Shown in pieces: positions 10,180 to 19,540 of a stretch of DNA of 64,000 nt. This stretch comes from an uncultured Butyricicoccus sp. GTDB taxonomy: Bacteria > Bacillota > Clostridia > Oscillospirales > Butyricicoccaceae. The stretch's first letter is position 1. Each line of letters starts with the position of its first letter. The notes below the pieces were generated by a model. That model was not told the DNA's origin. It was given only the letters and a program-made list of their open reading frames with translations, and did no database searches. Position numbers and translations under genes: made by a program. The stretch is taken from assembly GCA_910584935.1 (NCBI GenBank), contig CAJUDU010000003.1, positions 7,617-71,616 of the forward strand. The letters are read 5' to 3'.

Positions 10180-11226
10180 TTAAATTTTTTGAATTAGCTG
10201 GTGCAAGGTTTCTACATCTATTTTTTCGATATCTGCCCGTCCTAAAGTACGGACAAGGATGAAGTTTACTGTAGCACCCATTTTCTTTTTATCGGACAGC
10301 AATGCATGGAAAATATCTTCTCGTGCATAGGGGAGTTCTGTTGGCAAGCCGAGATCCATTAGAATAGAAGCCAACACATCATCCAAATCATTGCTTTCCC
10401 CCATCGCATGGGATAATTTCATCGCGGCAACCATACCGATAGATACCGCTTGTCCATGGGTCAATACGGTATAATTACCGAGTTTTTCAGCCGCATGGCC
10501 AATGGTATGCCCGAAATTCAGGATCATACGCAGCCCAGTATCGCGTTCATCTGCTTCAACAACATCACGCTTGATTTTAACGCATTCATAAATAATGTCT
10601 TCAATGCGTTCCCGGTAGCGTGGCATACGGATCATATCTAAAATACCGCGGTTTTTGATACAGCCATACTTTACGACTTCTGCCATGCCGTCTGCAAAGG
10701 TTGCGTCTGGCAAGGTAGAAAGCATTTCCGGATCAATCAGCACCAGCCGTGGCTGATAAAATGCACCAACCAGGTTTTTCCCTTGCGGCAGGTCAACTGC
10801 TGTTTTGCCGCCAACTGAGGAATCCACCTGCGCAAGCAAGGTGGTAGGGATTTGGCATAAGGGGACACCGCGCAGGAATGTTGCTGCGGCAAATCCTGTA
10901 ATGTCACCTGTTACGCCGCCGCCTAATGCAATAATAAGATCTTTTCGCGTTAGCCCATTTTTCAGGAAATCACAGTATAGACCTTCCACAGTTGCAAGCC
11001 GTTTATATTCTTCACCCGCAGGAATTACCGATACCGAAACTGGCAAGCTGAACTGGTCTTGCAATGTTTTCAGATAAAGTGGGGCAACAACCGAATCCGT
11101 CACAATATGTACACGACTGGGGGTAAAATACCGCATACATTGCGCGGCTGCTTGTGAAAGCAGACCAGCACTGATTAAAATGTCTGATTTGCTGCTGGTT
11201 CCGGTCAAGGTCAGTTGTTTTATCAT
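10180..11226 (-). CDS. aroB: 3-dehydroquinate synthase
   Basis: GGGVTGD, PTTLLAQVDSSVGGK, LNFGHTIGH. Confidence 0.97.
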   Translation of the reverse strand: MIKQLTLTGTSSKSDILISAGLLSQAAAQCMRYFTPSRVHIVTDSVVAPLYLKTLQDQFSLPVSVSVIPAGEEYKRLATVEGLYCDFLKNGLTRKDLIIALGGGVTGDITGFAAATFLRGVPLCQIPTTLLAQVDSSVGGKTAVDLPQGKNLVGAFYQPRLVLIDPEMLSTLPDATFADGMAEVVKYGCIKNRGILDMIRMPRYRERIEDIIYECVKIKRDVVEADERDTGLRMILNFGHTIGHAAEKLGNYTVLTHGQAVSIGMVAAMKLSHAMGESNDLDDVLASILMDLGLPTELPYAREDIFHALLSDKKKMGATVNFILVRTLGRADIEKIDVETLHQLIQKI

Positions 11227-11252
11227 GGTTTGCCGCTCCTTTTTGATATGTT

Positions 11253-12272
11253 TCAAATTTCGCGTCCCATCGCATTAGCGATGCCACGCAGGGAAGCCAT
11301 GGTTTCCTCAAAAGATTCATAGGTCAAAGACTGGGCGCCGTCAGAAAGCGCGTGGGCGGGGTCGTTATGGACTTCAATCATTAACCCATCAGCGCCGGCA
11401 GCAATTGCCGCACGTGCAAGCGGCGCAACCATCCAATAGATTCCGCCCGCATGGGAGGGGTCAACAATAACGGGTAAATGGCTAATGCGTTTAAGCACAG
11501 GGACAGCAGAAATATCCAATGTATTGCGGGTATAGGTTTCATAGGTGCGGATGCCGCGTTCACATAAGATAACATTTTCATTACCGCCAGCCATTAAGTA
11601 TTCAGCAGACATCAAAAATTCTTCAATGGTGTTGGCAAAGCCGCGTTTTAGCAACACAGGCTTATTGATTCGCCCCAGTTCTTTCAGCAACTCAAAATTC
11701 TGCATATTTCGTGCGCCCACTTGGAAACAATCACATTTGTCTAAAAATAGTTCGATATGGGCTGGGTTTGTGATTTCTGTAACGATTGGAAGTCCGGTTT
11801 CTTGATGTGCATGGTGTAGAAGTTCCAGTCCCTCAGCTTTAAGTCCCTGGAAAGAATATGGGGAGGAACGTGGTTTCCATGCACCCCCACGCAGCACGGT
11901 AGCGCCTTGACTTTGGGCGTGCTTCGCGATATCTGTAATTTGTTCCCGGCTTTCCACAGAACATGGACCTGCCATAACAACAATTTTGCGGTCCCCAACA
12001 AATACGTCTTGACCAATTTGAATTACGCTGTCTTGCGGGTGCATTTTACGGTTTGCCAGTTTGAATGGTTCCTGTACTTTGGTAATCCGTTCTACATATT
12101 CATCACGCAGCAGGGCATCTTTATCAACCGATGCGGTATCGCCAATTAATGCTAGGACAGTTGTGCCTGTGCCATAAAGCGGGTTTACATGGACACCAAA
12201 ACGTTCTGTCAGCCATCCAGAAAGATGGTCAATATGCTCTTTGGATGCGCCATTTTTCATTACAATAATCAT
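11253..12272 (-). CDS. aroF: DAHP synthase (class I-beta)
   Basis: AGPCSVE, KPRSSPYSFQG, GARNMQNF, DPSH; start at ATG 12272 after an AAGGAG RBS. Confidence 0.95.
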   Translation of the reverse strand: MIIVMKNGASKEHIDHLSGWLTERFGVHVNPLYGTGTTVLALIGDTASVDKDALLRDEYVERITKVQEPFKLANRKMHPQDSVIQIGQDVFVGDRKIVVMAGPCSVESREQITDIAKHAQSQGATVLRGGAWKPRSSPYSFQGLKAEGLELLHHAHQETGLPIVTEITNPAHIELFLDKCDCFQVGARNMQNFELLKELGRINKPVLLKRGFANTIEEFLMSAEYLMAGGNENVILCERGIRTYETYTRNTLDISAVPVLKRISHLPVIVDPSHAGGIYWMVAPLARAAIAAGADGLMIEVHNDPAHALSDGAQSLTYESFEETMASLRGIANAMGREI

Positions 12273-12338
12273 ATCATAAATCTCCTTTGGAAAAGTGTAA
12301 ATAGTGTGTAAAAATCGGCTGGGCAGCAATTGTGCATG

Positions 12339-12615
12339 AAAAAAACCTTCCGCCCATCCGGTTAGAGAAGGGACGAAAGGTATAACTTCCGCGGTACCAC
12401 CCAATATTCGGCAAAACGCCGCACTTTAAATCCGATACAAACATATCGTACCTGGGTAACGGCAGGAATCCGTCAAAGCCTACTGGGCAAAAAAAGGTTT
12501 CAGCTTTGCAGCTCAAGAGGGAACTTCATAAAACCAATGCCTGCACCCACTTACAGTCAGGATGGATGCTCCCTAAAAAGCACGAGTGGTTTTATTACTT
12601 TCTCTTTCATCACAT
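12339..12615 (-). promoter_or_regulatory. T-box riboswitch leader with Phe (UUC) specifier
   Basis: T-box TGGGTGGTACCGCG (12403-12390), terminator hairpin with U-tract (12380-12339), stem I AGTA...GAA motif with specifier TTC at 12523-12521. Confidence 0.9.
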
Positions 12616-12633
12616 TTACAATATACGTGTATT

Positions 12634-12662
12634 ATTATACGAATCCACGGGGGTTTTGTCAA
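12634..12662 (-). promoter_or_regulatory. Sigma-A promoter of the aro operon
   Basis: TTGACA-17 nt-TATAAT, perfect consensus on the minus strand. Confidence 0.85.
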
Positions 12663-12682
12663 GAGGAAAAAAATAAATTGCG

Positions 12683-12711
12683 TCATATGGCTTGTCTTTG
12701 TTTCATAGGAT
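12683..12711 (+). promoter_or_regulatory. Sigma-E-type promoter of spoIIIA
   Basis: TCATATG-14 nt-CATAGGAT just upstream of spoIIIAA. Confidence 0.65.
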
Positions 12712-12727
12712 AAAGCAGGTGATGAAA

Positions 12728-13645
12728 ATGAAAATACAGGAATCCAGAATCAGGGCATATACAGAAGCGGTAAATTGTCTGCCGCCACGCCTACAAAACG
12801 CAGTATTGCATATCCCAGATATCGAAAAATCCAGTTGTGAAGAACTGCGCTTGCGTGCCGGACAGGCAATCTATATTTCTTTGGAAGGGAAGGAAAAACC
12901 AGTTTCTCAACTTCGGGTGGGAATAGAAGATTTGAGGGAAACTGTAAGCCGGGCGGCAAGGTATTCGGTACATAGCTTTGGTGAAGCATTGGCGCAAGGG
13001 TACTTGCCTTTAGAGGGCGGGCACAGGTTAGGGGTATGCGGTACAGCCGTACTAAAAGCAGGAAATATTGCAGGCATCCGTACCATTACATCATTGAACC
13101 TACGTATCGCTTGCCAGTCTTTGGGCAGTGCGGATTCTGTACTGCATGGGGTACTGCATGATGAGCAAGTGAAAAGCACCTTGGTGATTTCACCGCCTGG
13201 GTTTGGCAAGACAACATTGCTGCGTGATTTAATCCGGCAAATATCTGGACAGGGCATACGCTGCGCTGTGGCAGATGAACGTGGGGAACTGGCTGCACTG
13301 CGGGATGGCATCCCGCAATTTGATATCGGCATCCAAACTGATATCATGGATGGATGTCCGAAAGCACAAGGCGCTATGCTGCTGATTAAAACCATGTCAC
13401 CAACAGTTGTGGCATTGGATGAAATTACTGCTTCGCAGGATGTAGAAGCCATTGCATATGCTGGACATTGTGGCGTAGCGGTTTTGGCAACAGCGCATGC
13501 TTTTGGTGTAAAGGATTTATCTTGCCGCCCACTTTATCGGCAAATGCTTCAGCTTGGCGTTTTTGAACAGATTATAAGCATTGAGTGCAAAAATGGTGGA
13601 CGGGAATATAAAATATCCGATTTAAGGGGGGATGGGGATGCTTAG
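12728..13645 (+). CDS. spoIIIAA: Stage III sporulation ATPase AA
   Basis: EELRLRAG, GGHRLG, Walker A SPPGFGKTT, DERGELA, DEI. Confidence 0.95.
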   Translation: MKIQESRIRAYTEAVNCLPPRLQNAVLHIPDIEKSSCEELRLRAGQAIYISLEGKEKPVSQLRVGIEDLRETVSRAARYSVHSFGEALAQGYLPLEGGHRLGVCGTAVLKAGNIAGIRTITSLNLRIACQSLGSADSVLHGVLHDEQVKSTLVISPPGFGKTTLLRDLIRQISGQGIRCAVADERGELAALRDGIPQFDIGIQTDIMDGCPKAQGAMLLIKTMSPTVVALDEITASQDVEAIAYAGHCGVAVLATAHAFGVKDLSCRPLYRQMLQLGVFEQIISIECKNGGREYKISDLRGDGDA

Positions 13646-14156
13646 GCTGCTTGGTACGGTATTGGTGATTGGTGCGTGTTCTGCTCTTGGGTTTTCAGCT
13701 AGGCAGCACATGGCGCATCGAGTTATTATACTGGAACAGTTCATACAGATGTTGGACATGATATCCGCAGAATTGGATAATCATCAAACACCTTTGCCAG
13801 ATATCATCCATCAGCTGGCAGAAGAAAGCGGTACAGAACTGCGGCGGCTGTTTTCTGAAATGAACCGCCGTCTTGCTTGTAAAGATGGGCTTTCGTTTGC
13901 ATACCGCTGGCAGACAACTATACGGGATATGGCACCAGAATTAGGGCTGGAAAGTGAAGAAATTACGATTTTGCGGGATGTTGCAGCCTATTTGGGACGT
14001 TATCAAGCAGAACAGCAGATTTTTGGGTTACAGCAGACACGTGCACGTTTAGAGTCTGTAAAGGCAAATGCCTTGCATACCTTGCAGACAAAGGGAAGTG
14101 TTTACCGTACCTGTGGGATTGCGGGTGGTATTGTGGCAGTCCTAATGATGTTGTGA
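13638..14156 (+). CDS. spoIIIAB: Stage III sporulation protein AB
   Basis: Operon position, hydrophobic termini, TPLP motif. Confidence 0.85.
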   Translation: MLRLLGTVLVIGACSALGFSARQHMAHRVIILEQFIQMLDMISAELDNHQTPLPDIIHQLAEESGTELRRLFSEMNRRLACKDGLSFAYRWQTTIRDMAPELGLESEEITILRDVAAYLGRYQAEQQIFGLQQTRARLESVKANALHTLQTKGSVYRTCGIAGGIVAVLMML

Positions 14157-14166
14157 GGTGGAAGCA

Positions 14167-14361
14167 GTGCAAATTGATTTGATTTTCAAAATTGCTGCAA
14201 TTGGGATACTGGTTGCGGTATTTAACCAACTTTTAATCCGCTCTGGCAGGGAGGAACAGGCGTTAATGACAACACTTGCTGGGCTTGTGGTGGTTATGAT
14301 GATTTTAGTACAAGAAATAGGAAATTTATTCAGTATGATGAAATCGGTTTTTGGGTTTTAA
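14167..14361 (+). CDS. spoIIIAC: Stage III sporulation protein AC
   Basis: IDLIFKIAAIGILV...GREEQA...TLAG; GTG start after GAGGTG. Confidence 0.93.
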   Translation: MQIDLIFKIAAIGILVAVFNQLLIRSGREEQALMTTLAGLVVVMMILVQEIGNLFSMMKSVFGF

Positions 14362-14364
14362 CGT

Positions 14365-14751
14365 ATGGAAATGGTTTCATGGATTGGAATTGCACTGACG
14401 GCTGCAATTCTTGCGTTGACGCTGAAACAACAGCAGCCTATTTTTTCATTGATGATAACTATTGCCGCTGTGTTGTGCTTGCTTTGGATTACAGCGCAAT
14501 CGCTCAGCCAGTTGCTCCGGACATTGAAAAGCCTTGCAGATGCTGCAAAGATATCATCAGGCATTTATCTGCCGGTATTAAAAGCAGTCGGTATTGCTGC
14601 TGCGGTTCGTGTTGCAGGTGCAATCTGTAAAGATGCTGGACAGAGCGCACTTTGCATCAAATTGGAACTGCTGGGCAGTATTGCGGCGCTGGCAGCTTGC
14701 CTGCCGCTTTTCGAACAGCTTTTATCGTTGGTTGCGGATATGTTAGGATAG
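14365..14751 (+). CDS. spoIIIAD: Stage III sporulation protein AD
   Basis: LKAVGIA...ICKDAGQ...KLEL and operon position. Confidence 0.9.
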   Translation: MEMVSWIGIALTAAILALTLKQQQPIFSLMITIAAVLCLLWITAQSLSQLLRTLKSLADAAKISSGIYLPVLKAVGIAAAVRVAGAICKDAGQSALCIKLELLGSIAALAACLPLFEQLLSLVADMLG

Positions 14752-14767
14752 GGAAAGGTGGTGTTTT

Positions 14768-15871
14768 ATGAAAAAGAAGCTATTGGCACTGGCGGCTGCG
14801 ATATGGCTATGTTTTTCCTATGCGCAGGCTGCTGACCCAAATAATATCTGCAGTCAAATTGGGGCAGGGGATTTATTTCAAGCCCTGCCTGATGAGGCGG
14901 AAGATGCTTTATATGGTCTCAATACAGAGAATGCTGCGGAAAATTGGGAATCAACTATTGTGCGTTTATTTAAAAACTTGGATACGAGAAAATTTTTATC
15001 CAGCGCATTATGGAGTTTAAGCAAAATGATGGCGGTTGCAGTTATTGTCGGAATGCTTGGCGGTATTCGTACAGCGTCTGGCGGTGGAGATATCCCTATG
15101 ATCACCATTGCTGGTGCACTTGCCATGACCAGCATTCTGCTTGGAGATTTACGGGGTATGCTGTCACTATGTACCCAAACGCTGAACCAAACTTCGGTTT
15201 TTTCCACAGCATTACTTCCTGTAATGGCTGGTGCCTTAACAGCGTCAGGCGCACCAGCTGTTGCCACAGCAACGCAAGGTATTACCATGTTAGCACTTGA
15301 TTTACTGATACGGTTTATTACAGAATTGCTTGTGCCAGCAGTTTGCGCTCATATTGCAATTATTACTGTTAATTCTGCGCTGGGTAATGATATTTTAGGC
15401 GGGCTGGAGTCTTTTGTAAAATGGATGACAACCAGCAGTTTAAAACTCATACTTACCGTGTTTATCGCATATCTTTCAATATCAGGGGCAATTGGTGGGA
15501 GTGTGGATGCAGTTACGCTGAAAGCAGCAAAATTTGCAGTTTCCGGTTCTGTACCTGTGGTAGGCGGCATTATTTCTGATGCAACTGAATCTATGCTTGC
15601 TGGTATGGCTGCGGTAAAAAATGCGGTTGGCATTTTAGGGATGCTTGGTGTAGCAGCAATTTGCATTGCGCCATTTTTGCAAGTAGGCATCAATTATTTG
15701 CTGTTTAAAGCAGGTTCTGCGGTATTGTCCCCAATTTGCAGCAGCCCGCTTGCCAAGTTAATGGCTGGGCTAAGTGATAGTTTCGGGCTGATGCTTGGAA
15801 TGCTTGGCACATGCAGCGCAGTGTTGTTTTTTGAACTTGTTTTTTCGATTATTATGGTGAAACCAATATGA
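14768..15871 (+). CDS. spoIIIAE: Stage III sporulation protein AE
   Basis: Polytopic membrane protein; VPVVGGIISDA, KNAVG. Confidence 0.92.
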   Translation: MKKKLLALAAAIWLCFSYAQAADPNNICSQIGAGDLFQALPDEAEDALYGLNTENAAENWESTIVRLFKNLDTRKFLSSALWSLSKMMAVAVIVGMLGGIRTASGGGDIPMITIAGALAMTSILLGDLRGMLSLCTQTLNQTSVFSTALLPVMAGALTASGAPAVATATQGITMLALDLLIRFITELLVPAVCAHIAIITVNSALGNDILGGLESFVKWMTTSSLKLILTVFIAYLSISGAIGGSVDAVTLKAAKFAVSGSVPVVGGIISDATESMLAGMAAVKNAVGILGMLGVAAICIAPFLQVGINYLLFKAGSAVLSPICSSPLAKLMAGLSDSFGLMLGMLGTCSAVLFFELVFSIIMVKPI

Positions 15872-16353
15872 CTGGAATATTAAGACCAATTATCTTAGGC
15901 GTTTCTGCATCTGCCTTACTGGGCAGCGCCGCAATGGCGCTGGTGCATACAGGCGCATTACGGGAGGTAATCCGGTTGGCAGTAGGGGTTATGATGATTT
16001 TATCTTTGCTGCTTCCGGTTTCCAAGCTGCATTTCAGCCTGCCTTTGGATTGGATGCGCAACCATACCCAATCTGTGTCCAAACAGGTAGAGCAAGTACA
16101 GCAGCAGCGAAAAGGTTGGATGGCAGAGTCCTCTGCAAAAGAGGTCAGTACATATATGATGCACCGGGCGCGTGCGGAAGGGATTGAATGCGAAATCAAG
16201 ATACAGGCATCTATGGTTTCAGAAGATACAGTTTCTTTGGATCACGCTGAAATCCGGGCGTCACTAACATCAGAGCAGGCAGAAAAAATTGCTGCCATGC
16301 TGGAAACAGAATGCGGTATACCACGGGGGAATCAGACATATGTGGAAAACTGA
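15868..16353 (+). CDS. spoIIIAF: Stage III sporulation protein AF
   Basis: Two N-terminal TM segments and operon position; sequence is divergent. Confidence 0.75.
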   Translation: MTGILRPIILGVSASALLGSAAMALVHTGALREVIRLAVGVMMILSLLLPVSKLHFSLPLDWMRNHTQSVSKQVEQVQQQRKGWMAESSAKEVSTYMMHRARAEGIECEIKIQASMVSEDTVSLDHAEIRASLTSEQAEKIAAMLETECGIPRGNQTYVEN

Positions 16354-16864
16354 AATCCTAAAATGGGGCACAAATCTTATGCCTATACTGCAAAAATATA
16401 AGTATGTGTTTGTTATCTTGCTGGCAGGGCTTATCATGTTATATGCAGGTGCGCTGCGTGATAAGCCAGAACAAGAAATTAAACAGGAAACAGAAATATT
16501 TGGGTTAGAAAACTTCAAGGAAGATTTGCAAAGCAAATTATCCCATATTGAAGGTGCGGGACAAGTGGAGTTGCTTTTATCATTGGAAGGCAGTGAAGAA
16601 ACTGTGTATGCTTCTAATGTTCGGCAGTCCAGCACAGGGGATGATAATACTTCTTATGAAAATAGCCTTACGGTGCTGTCAGATGGAAGCTATGGAGAAC
16701 AGCCAGTGCGTACCAAAAGCATTTGCCCGACTTTTCGCGGTGCAGTAGTGCTGTGTGAAGGTGGTGACCAGATAGCAGTACGCCTTGCAGTGACAGAGGC
16801 GGTTTCAGCAGCGTGCGGACTTGGCGCAGATAAAATTTCAGTTTTGAAAATGCAAAGCAAATAA
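16340..16864 (+). CDS. spoIIIAG: Stage III sporulation protein AG
   Basis: LSHIEGAGQV, RGAVVLCEGG, KISVLK. Confidence 0.9.
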   Translation: MWKTEILKWGTNLMPILQKYKYVFVILLAGLIMLYAGALRDKPEQEIKQETEIFGLENFKEDLQSKLSHIEGAGQVELLLSLEGSEETVYASNVRQSSTGDDNTSYENSLTVLSDGSYGEQPVRTKSICPTFRGAVVLCEGGDQIAVRLAVTEAVSAACGLGADKISVLKMQSK

Positions 16865-16875
16865 AGGAGGAAATT

Positions 16876-17442
16876 ATGATGAAACTGAAAAAACGGGGTG
16901 CGGTTTATGGCATTATCGCAGTGATGTTAGGTGTTGCGGTGTACTTAAACTGGAGTTATGTCAGCACACCAGAAGATTTATTGGTGGCTGGACAGGTGAG
17001 CAGCAGCGGGCAGAAGGATAAAGAAGAACAAGATAACGGTGCGGCAAAAGAAACCGGTGGCGCTGCGGATACAGAAGCAGTGACCGCAGCTGATTATTTT
17101 GCACAGTCCCGGCTGTCGCGTGAAAAAGCACGGGATGAAGCAATTAGCATCCTCAAAGAAACCATGGGGGATGAGGAAACTGATGAAAAAGGTAAGACCA
17201 TGGCAAGTGAGCAGATTTCCAAGCTGGCAGAAGACTCTGTAACAGAAGCACGGATAGAAAGCTTAATTAAAGCAAAAGGGTATAGCGAAGCGGTGGTATT
17301 TCTGGGTACAGACAGCGTGAATGTCATTATTGCCCCGCCACAGGCTGGCTTTACCGAAACAGATGCTTCCAAAATAAAGGATATTGTGGTTGCGGAAACC
17401 TCACTGGGGGCAGACCAGATTACAATTGTTGAAGCCGGATAA
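16876..17442 (+). CDS. spoIIIAH: Stage III sporulation protein AH
   Basis: AVYLN TM, YFAQSRLSRE, IESLIKAKGY. Confidence 0.92.
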   Translation: MMKLKKRGAVYGIIAVMLGVAVYLNWSYVSTPEDLLVAGQVSSSGQKDKEEQDNGAAKETGGAADTEAVTAADYFAQSRLSREKARDEAISILKETMGDEETDEKGKTMASEQISKLAEDSVTEARIESLIKAKGYSEAVVFLGTDSVNVIIAPPQAGFTETDASKIKDIVVAETSLGADQITIVEAG

Positions 17443-17594
17443 AACGAAAATATAGATTAGGGCTTACAATATCTTCTCTGCTGTGGTATAATAACCTGAA
17501 GATAAGCATCATACTATCAAAAGCAACGAGTAAAAGGTTGTTTGCCATGAAGCACATTATTTATGGCAGTATGATTATGAAAGGAAGCGTTTGT

Positions 17595-18014
17595 ATGGCT
17601 GAACATAAGGATTACTGGGCAACGGAAGGCGACCAAGGTACCATTAAGATTTCAGAGGATGTTGTTGCATCAATTGCTGCGTTGGCAGCTTCCGAAACAG
17701 AGGGCGTAAGTGGTTTGTACTCCAGCTTTACCAATGATATCGTGAATTTCCTTGGGAAAAAGAGCCTTGCAAAAGGCGTCCGAGTTGTTTTGGGGGAAAA
17801 TGATACTGTTGAAGTGGAAATTTGCTACCTTGCGAAATATGGGTACAGCATTCGCGATGTTGCGAAATCCGTTCAGGAATCTGTCCGGTCATCAATTGAA
17901 GCGATGACTGGCTTGCACACATCAGCAGTCAATATTTTTGTTGGCGGCGTGACATTTGATGCGCCGGAAGAAGTTTCGTCTGTTCCAGCAGCCGAGATGA
18001 TGGAAAGCGAATAA
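17595..18014 (+). CDS. Asp23/Gls24 family protein (YqhY-like)
   Basis: GTIKISEDVVASIA, KGVRV, IEAMTGL. Confidence 0.92.
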   Translation: MAEHKDYWATEGDQGTIKISEDVVASIAALAASETEGVSGLYSSFTNDIVNFLGKKSLAKGVRVVLGENDTVEVEICYLAKYGYSIRDVAKSVQESVRSSIEAMTGLHTSAVNIFVGGVTFDAPEEVSSVPAAEMMESE

Positions 18015-18018
18015 GCGG

Positions 18019-18056
18019 ATAAGCGCGGGGATTTGTATCTTCGCGCTTATTTTGTT
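18019..18056 (+). terminator. Intrinsic terminator
   Basis: ATAAGCGCG...CGCGCTTAT followed by TTTGTT. Confidence 0.65.
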
Positions 18057-18152
18057 CATTTGTTTTGCTGCTGTCCCTTGCGTTTGCATCAGAAAACGTG
18101 TAAAATAAATTACTATAACAGTGATTGCATAAATTTTCTTTGGAGGAGCATA

Positions 18153-18602
18153 ATGAACAGAAAAGAAGCCAGGGAAATTGCGCTGCACCTTGTCTTTGGC
18201 ATGGGGTTTCGCAGTTTTTCAGCAGATGAAGTTTTATCTGACTATTTGGACAAAGGCATCATGGAATCAGTTGGAAGCGACGTTGCACTATATGCCAAGG
18301 AACTGGATGAAAAACAGTTTCAATATATTCGCGGGATTGTAATTGGTATTGCAGATCATTTAAGTGAACTGGATGCTTTGATAGAACAAAACGCACGGGG
18401 GTGGAGTATGAAACGTATTTCCCGCATCACAATGGCTGTATTGCGCCTTGCGATTTACGAAATGCAGTATGTGGAGGATGTGCCGACCAGTGTTGCAATC
18501 AACGAAGCGGTAAACTTGGCAAAAGCATATGAAACAGAAGATACAGGAACATTTGTAAATGGTATTTTAGGGGCGGTTAGCCGTGCACAGGGGTTTGCAT
18601 GA
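18153..18602 (+). CDS. nusB: Transcription antitermination factor NusB
   Basis: MNRKEARE, LRLAIYEM, VAINEAV, FVNGILG. Confidence 0.95.
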   Translation: MNRKEAREIALHLVFGMGFRSFSADEVLSDYLDKGIMESVGSDVALYAKELDEKQFQYIRGIVIGIADHLSELDALIEQNARGWSMKRISRITMAVLRLAIYEMQYVEDVPTSVAINEAVNLAKAYETEDTGTFVNGILGAVSRAQGFA

Positions 18603-19540
18603 GCCGGTTATATCTTGGGATTGATACATCCAATTACCGCACTTCTGCTGCAATTTTTGATGCCGAAACCCTTTTCTATCAAAATTTCAATCGGCTTTTG
18701 GACGTCCCAGTGGGTGCACATGGATTGCGGCAGTCAGAAGCGTTGTTTCAGCATACGTTGCATTTACATAAGCAGCTTGCCAGGCTGCCTGCTGGTGTTG
18801 GCAAAGAAATACGGGCAGTATGTGCCAGCACCCGCCCACGGGCTGTGGAAGGCTCCTATATGCCTTGCTTTTTAGCAGGGGAGGGGACAGCTCGTAGCAT
18901 TGCCCATTTGTTGGATATCCCATTTTATACAGCATCTCACCAACAAGGACATTTAGCCGCTGCTGCGTTAGGGGCAGGATGTCTGGATATGTTGGGCAAG
19001 ACTTTTTTAGCATGGCATCTTTCTGGAGGGACAACAGAATTATTGAAAGTTACCCCTGACAGCAATGGGCTGCCTTGTGCCGAAATTATTGGCGGCACAA
19101 CGGATATTTCAGCTGGGCAACTTGTGGACCGAATAGGGGTATTGTTGGGGCTAGGATTTCCAGCAGGTATAGAACTGGAACAATTGGCGATAAAAGGGGA
19201 GCAAAAGGGTTTTCCAGTAAAAGTAAAAGATTGCTTTTTTTCTTTATCAGGAATGCAGAATAAGGCAGAACAGCTGCATGATACAAGTAAACCGGCAGAA
19301 AAGGTTGCCCGGTTTGTGATAGAAACGATTGCATATGCAGTGGTGGAAGCAACTGGACAAGCCCGAAAAGATGAAAAATATCCGGTTTTGTGTGCGGGCG
19401 GTGTGATGGGCAATATGTATATCCAGCAGCAGATGAAAGAAAAATTTAACGCGTATTTTGCTATGCCAGAACTTTCTGGGGATAATGCGGTAGGGGCTGC
19501 CATTCTTGCGGCGCAGCAGAAGGAGGAAACATTATGGTAA
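18599..19540 (+). CDS. TsaD/Kae1-like (ASKHA) paralog of unknown function
   Basis: GIDTSNY, HQQGH, HLSGGTTE, AGQLVDR, DNAVG. Confidence 0.8.
   Translation: MSRLYLGIDTSNYRTSAAIFDAETLFYQNFNRLLDVPVGAHGLRQSEALFQHTLHLHKQLARLPAGVGKEIRAVCASTRPRAVEGSYMPCFLAGEGTARSIAHLLDIPFYTASHQQGHLAAAALGAGCLDMLGKTFLAWHLSGGTTELLKVTPDSNGLPCAEIIGGTTDISAGQLVDRIGVLLGLGFPAGIELEQLAIKGEQKGFPVKVKDCFFSLSGMQNKAEQLHDTSKPAEKVARFVIETIAYAVVEATGQARKDEKYPVLCAGGVMGNMYIQQQMKEKFNAYFAMPELSGDNAVGAAILAAQQKEETLW

Noticed and set aside
12273..12404. N-terminal extension of aroF in the ORF track
   Set aside because: It falls inside the T-box antiterminator/terminator; the RBS supports the start at 12272.
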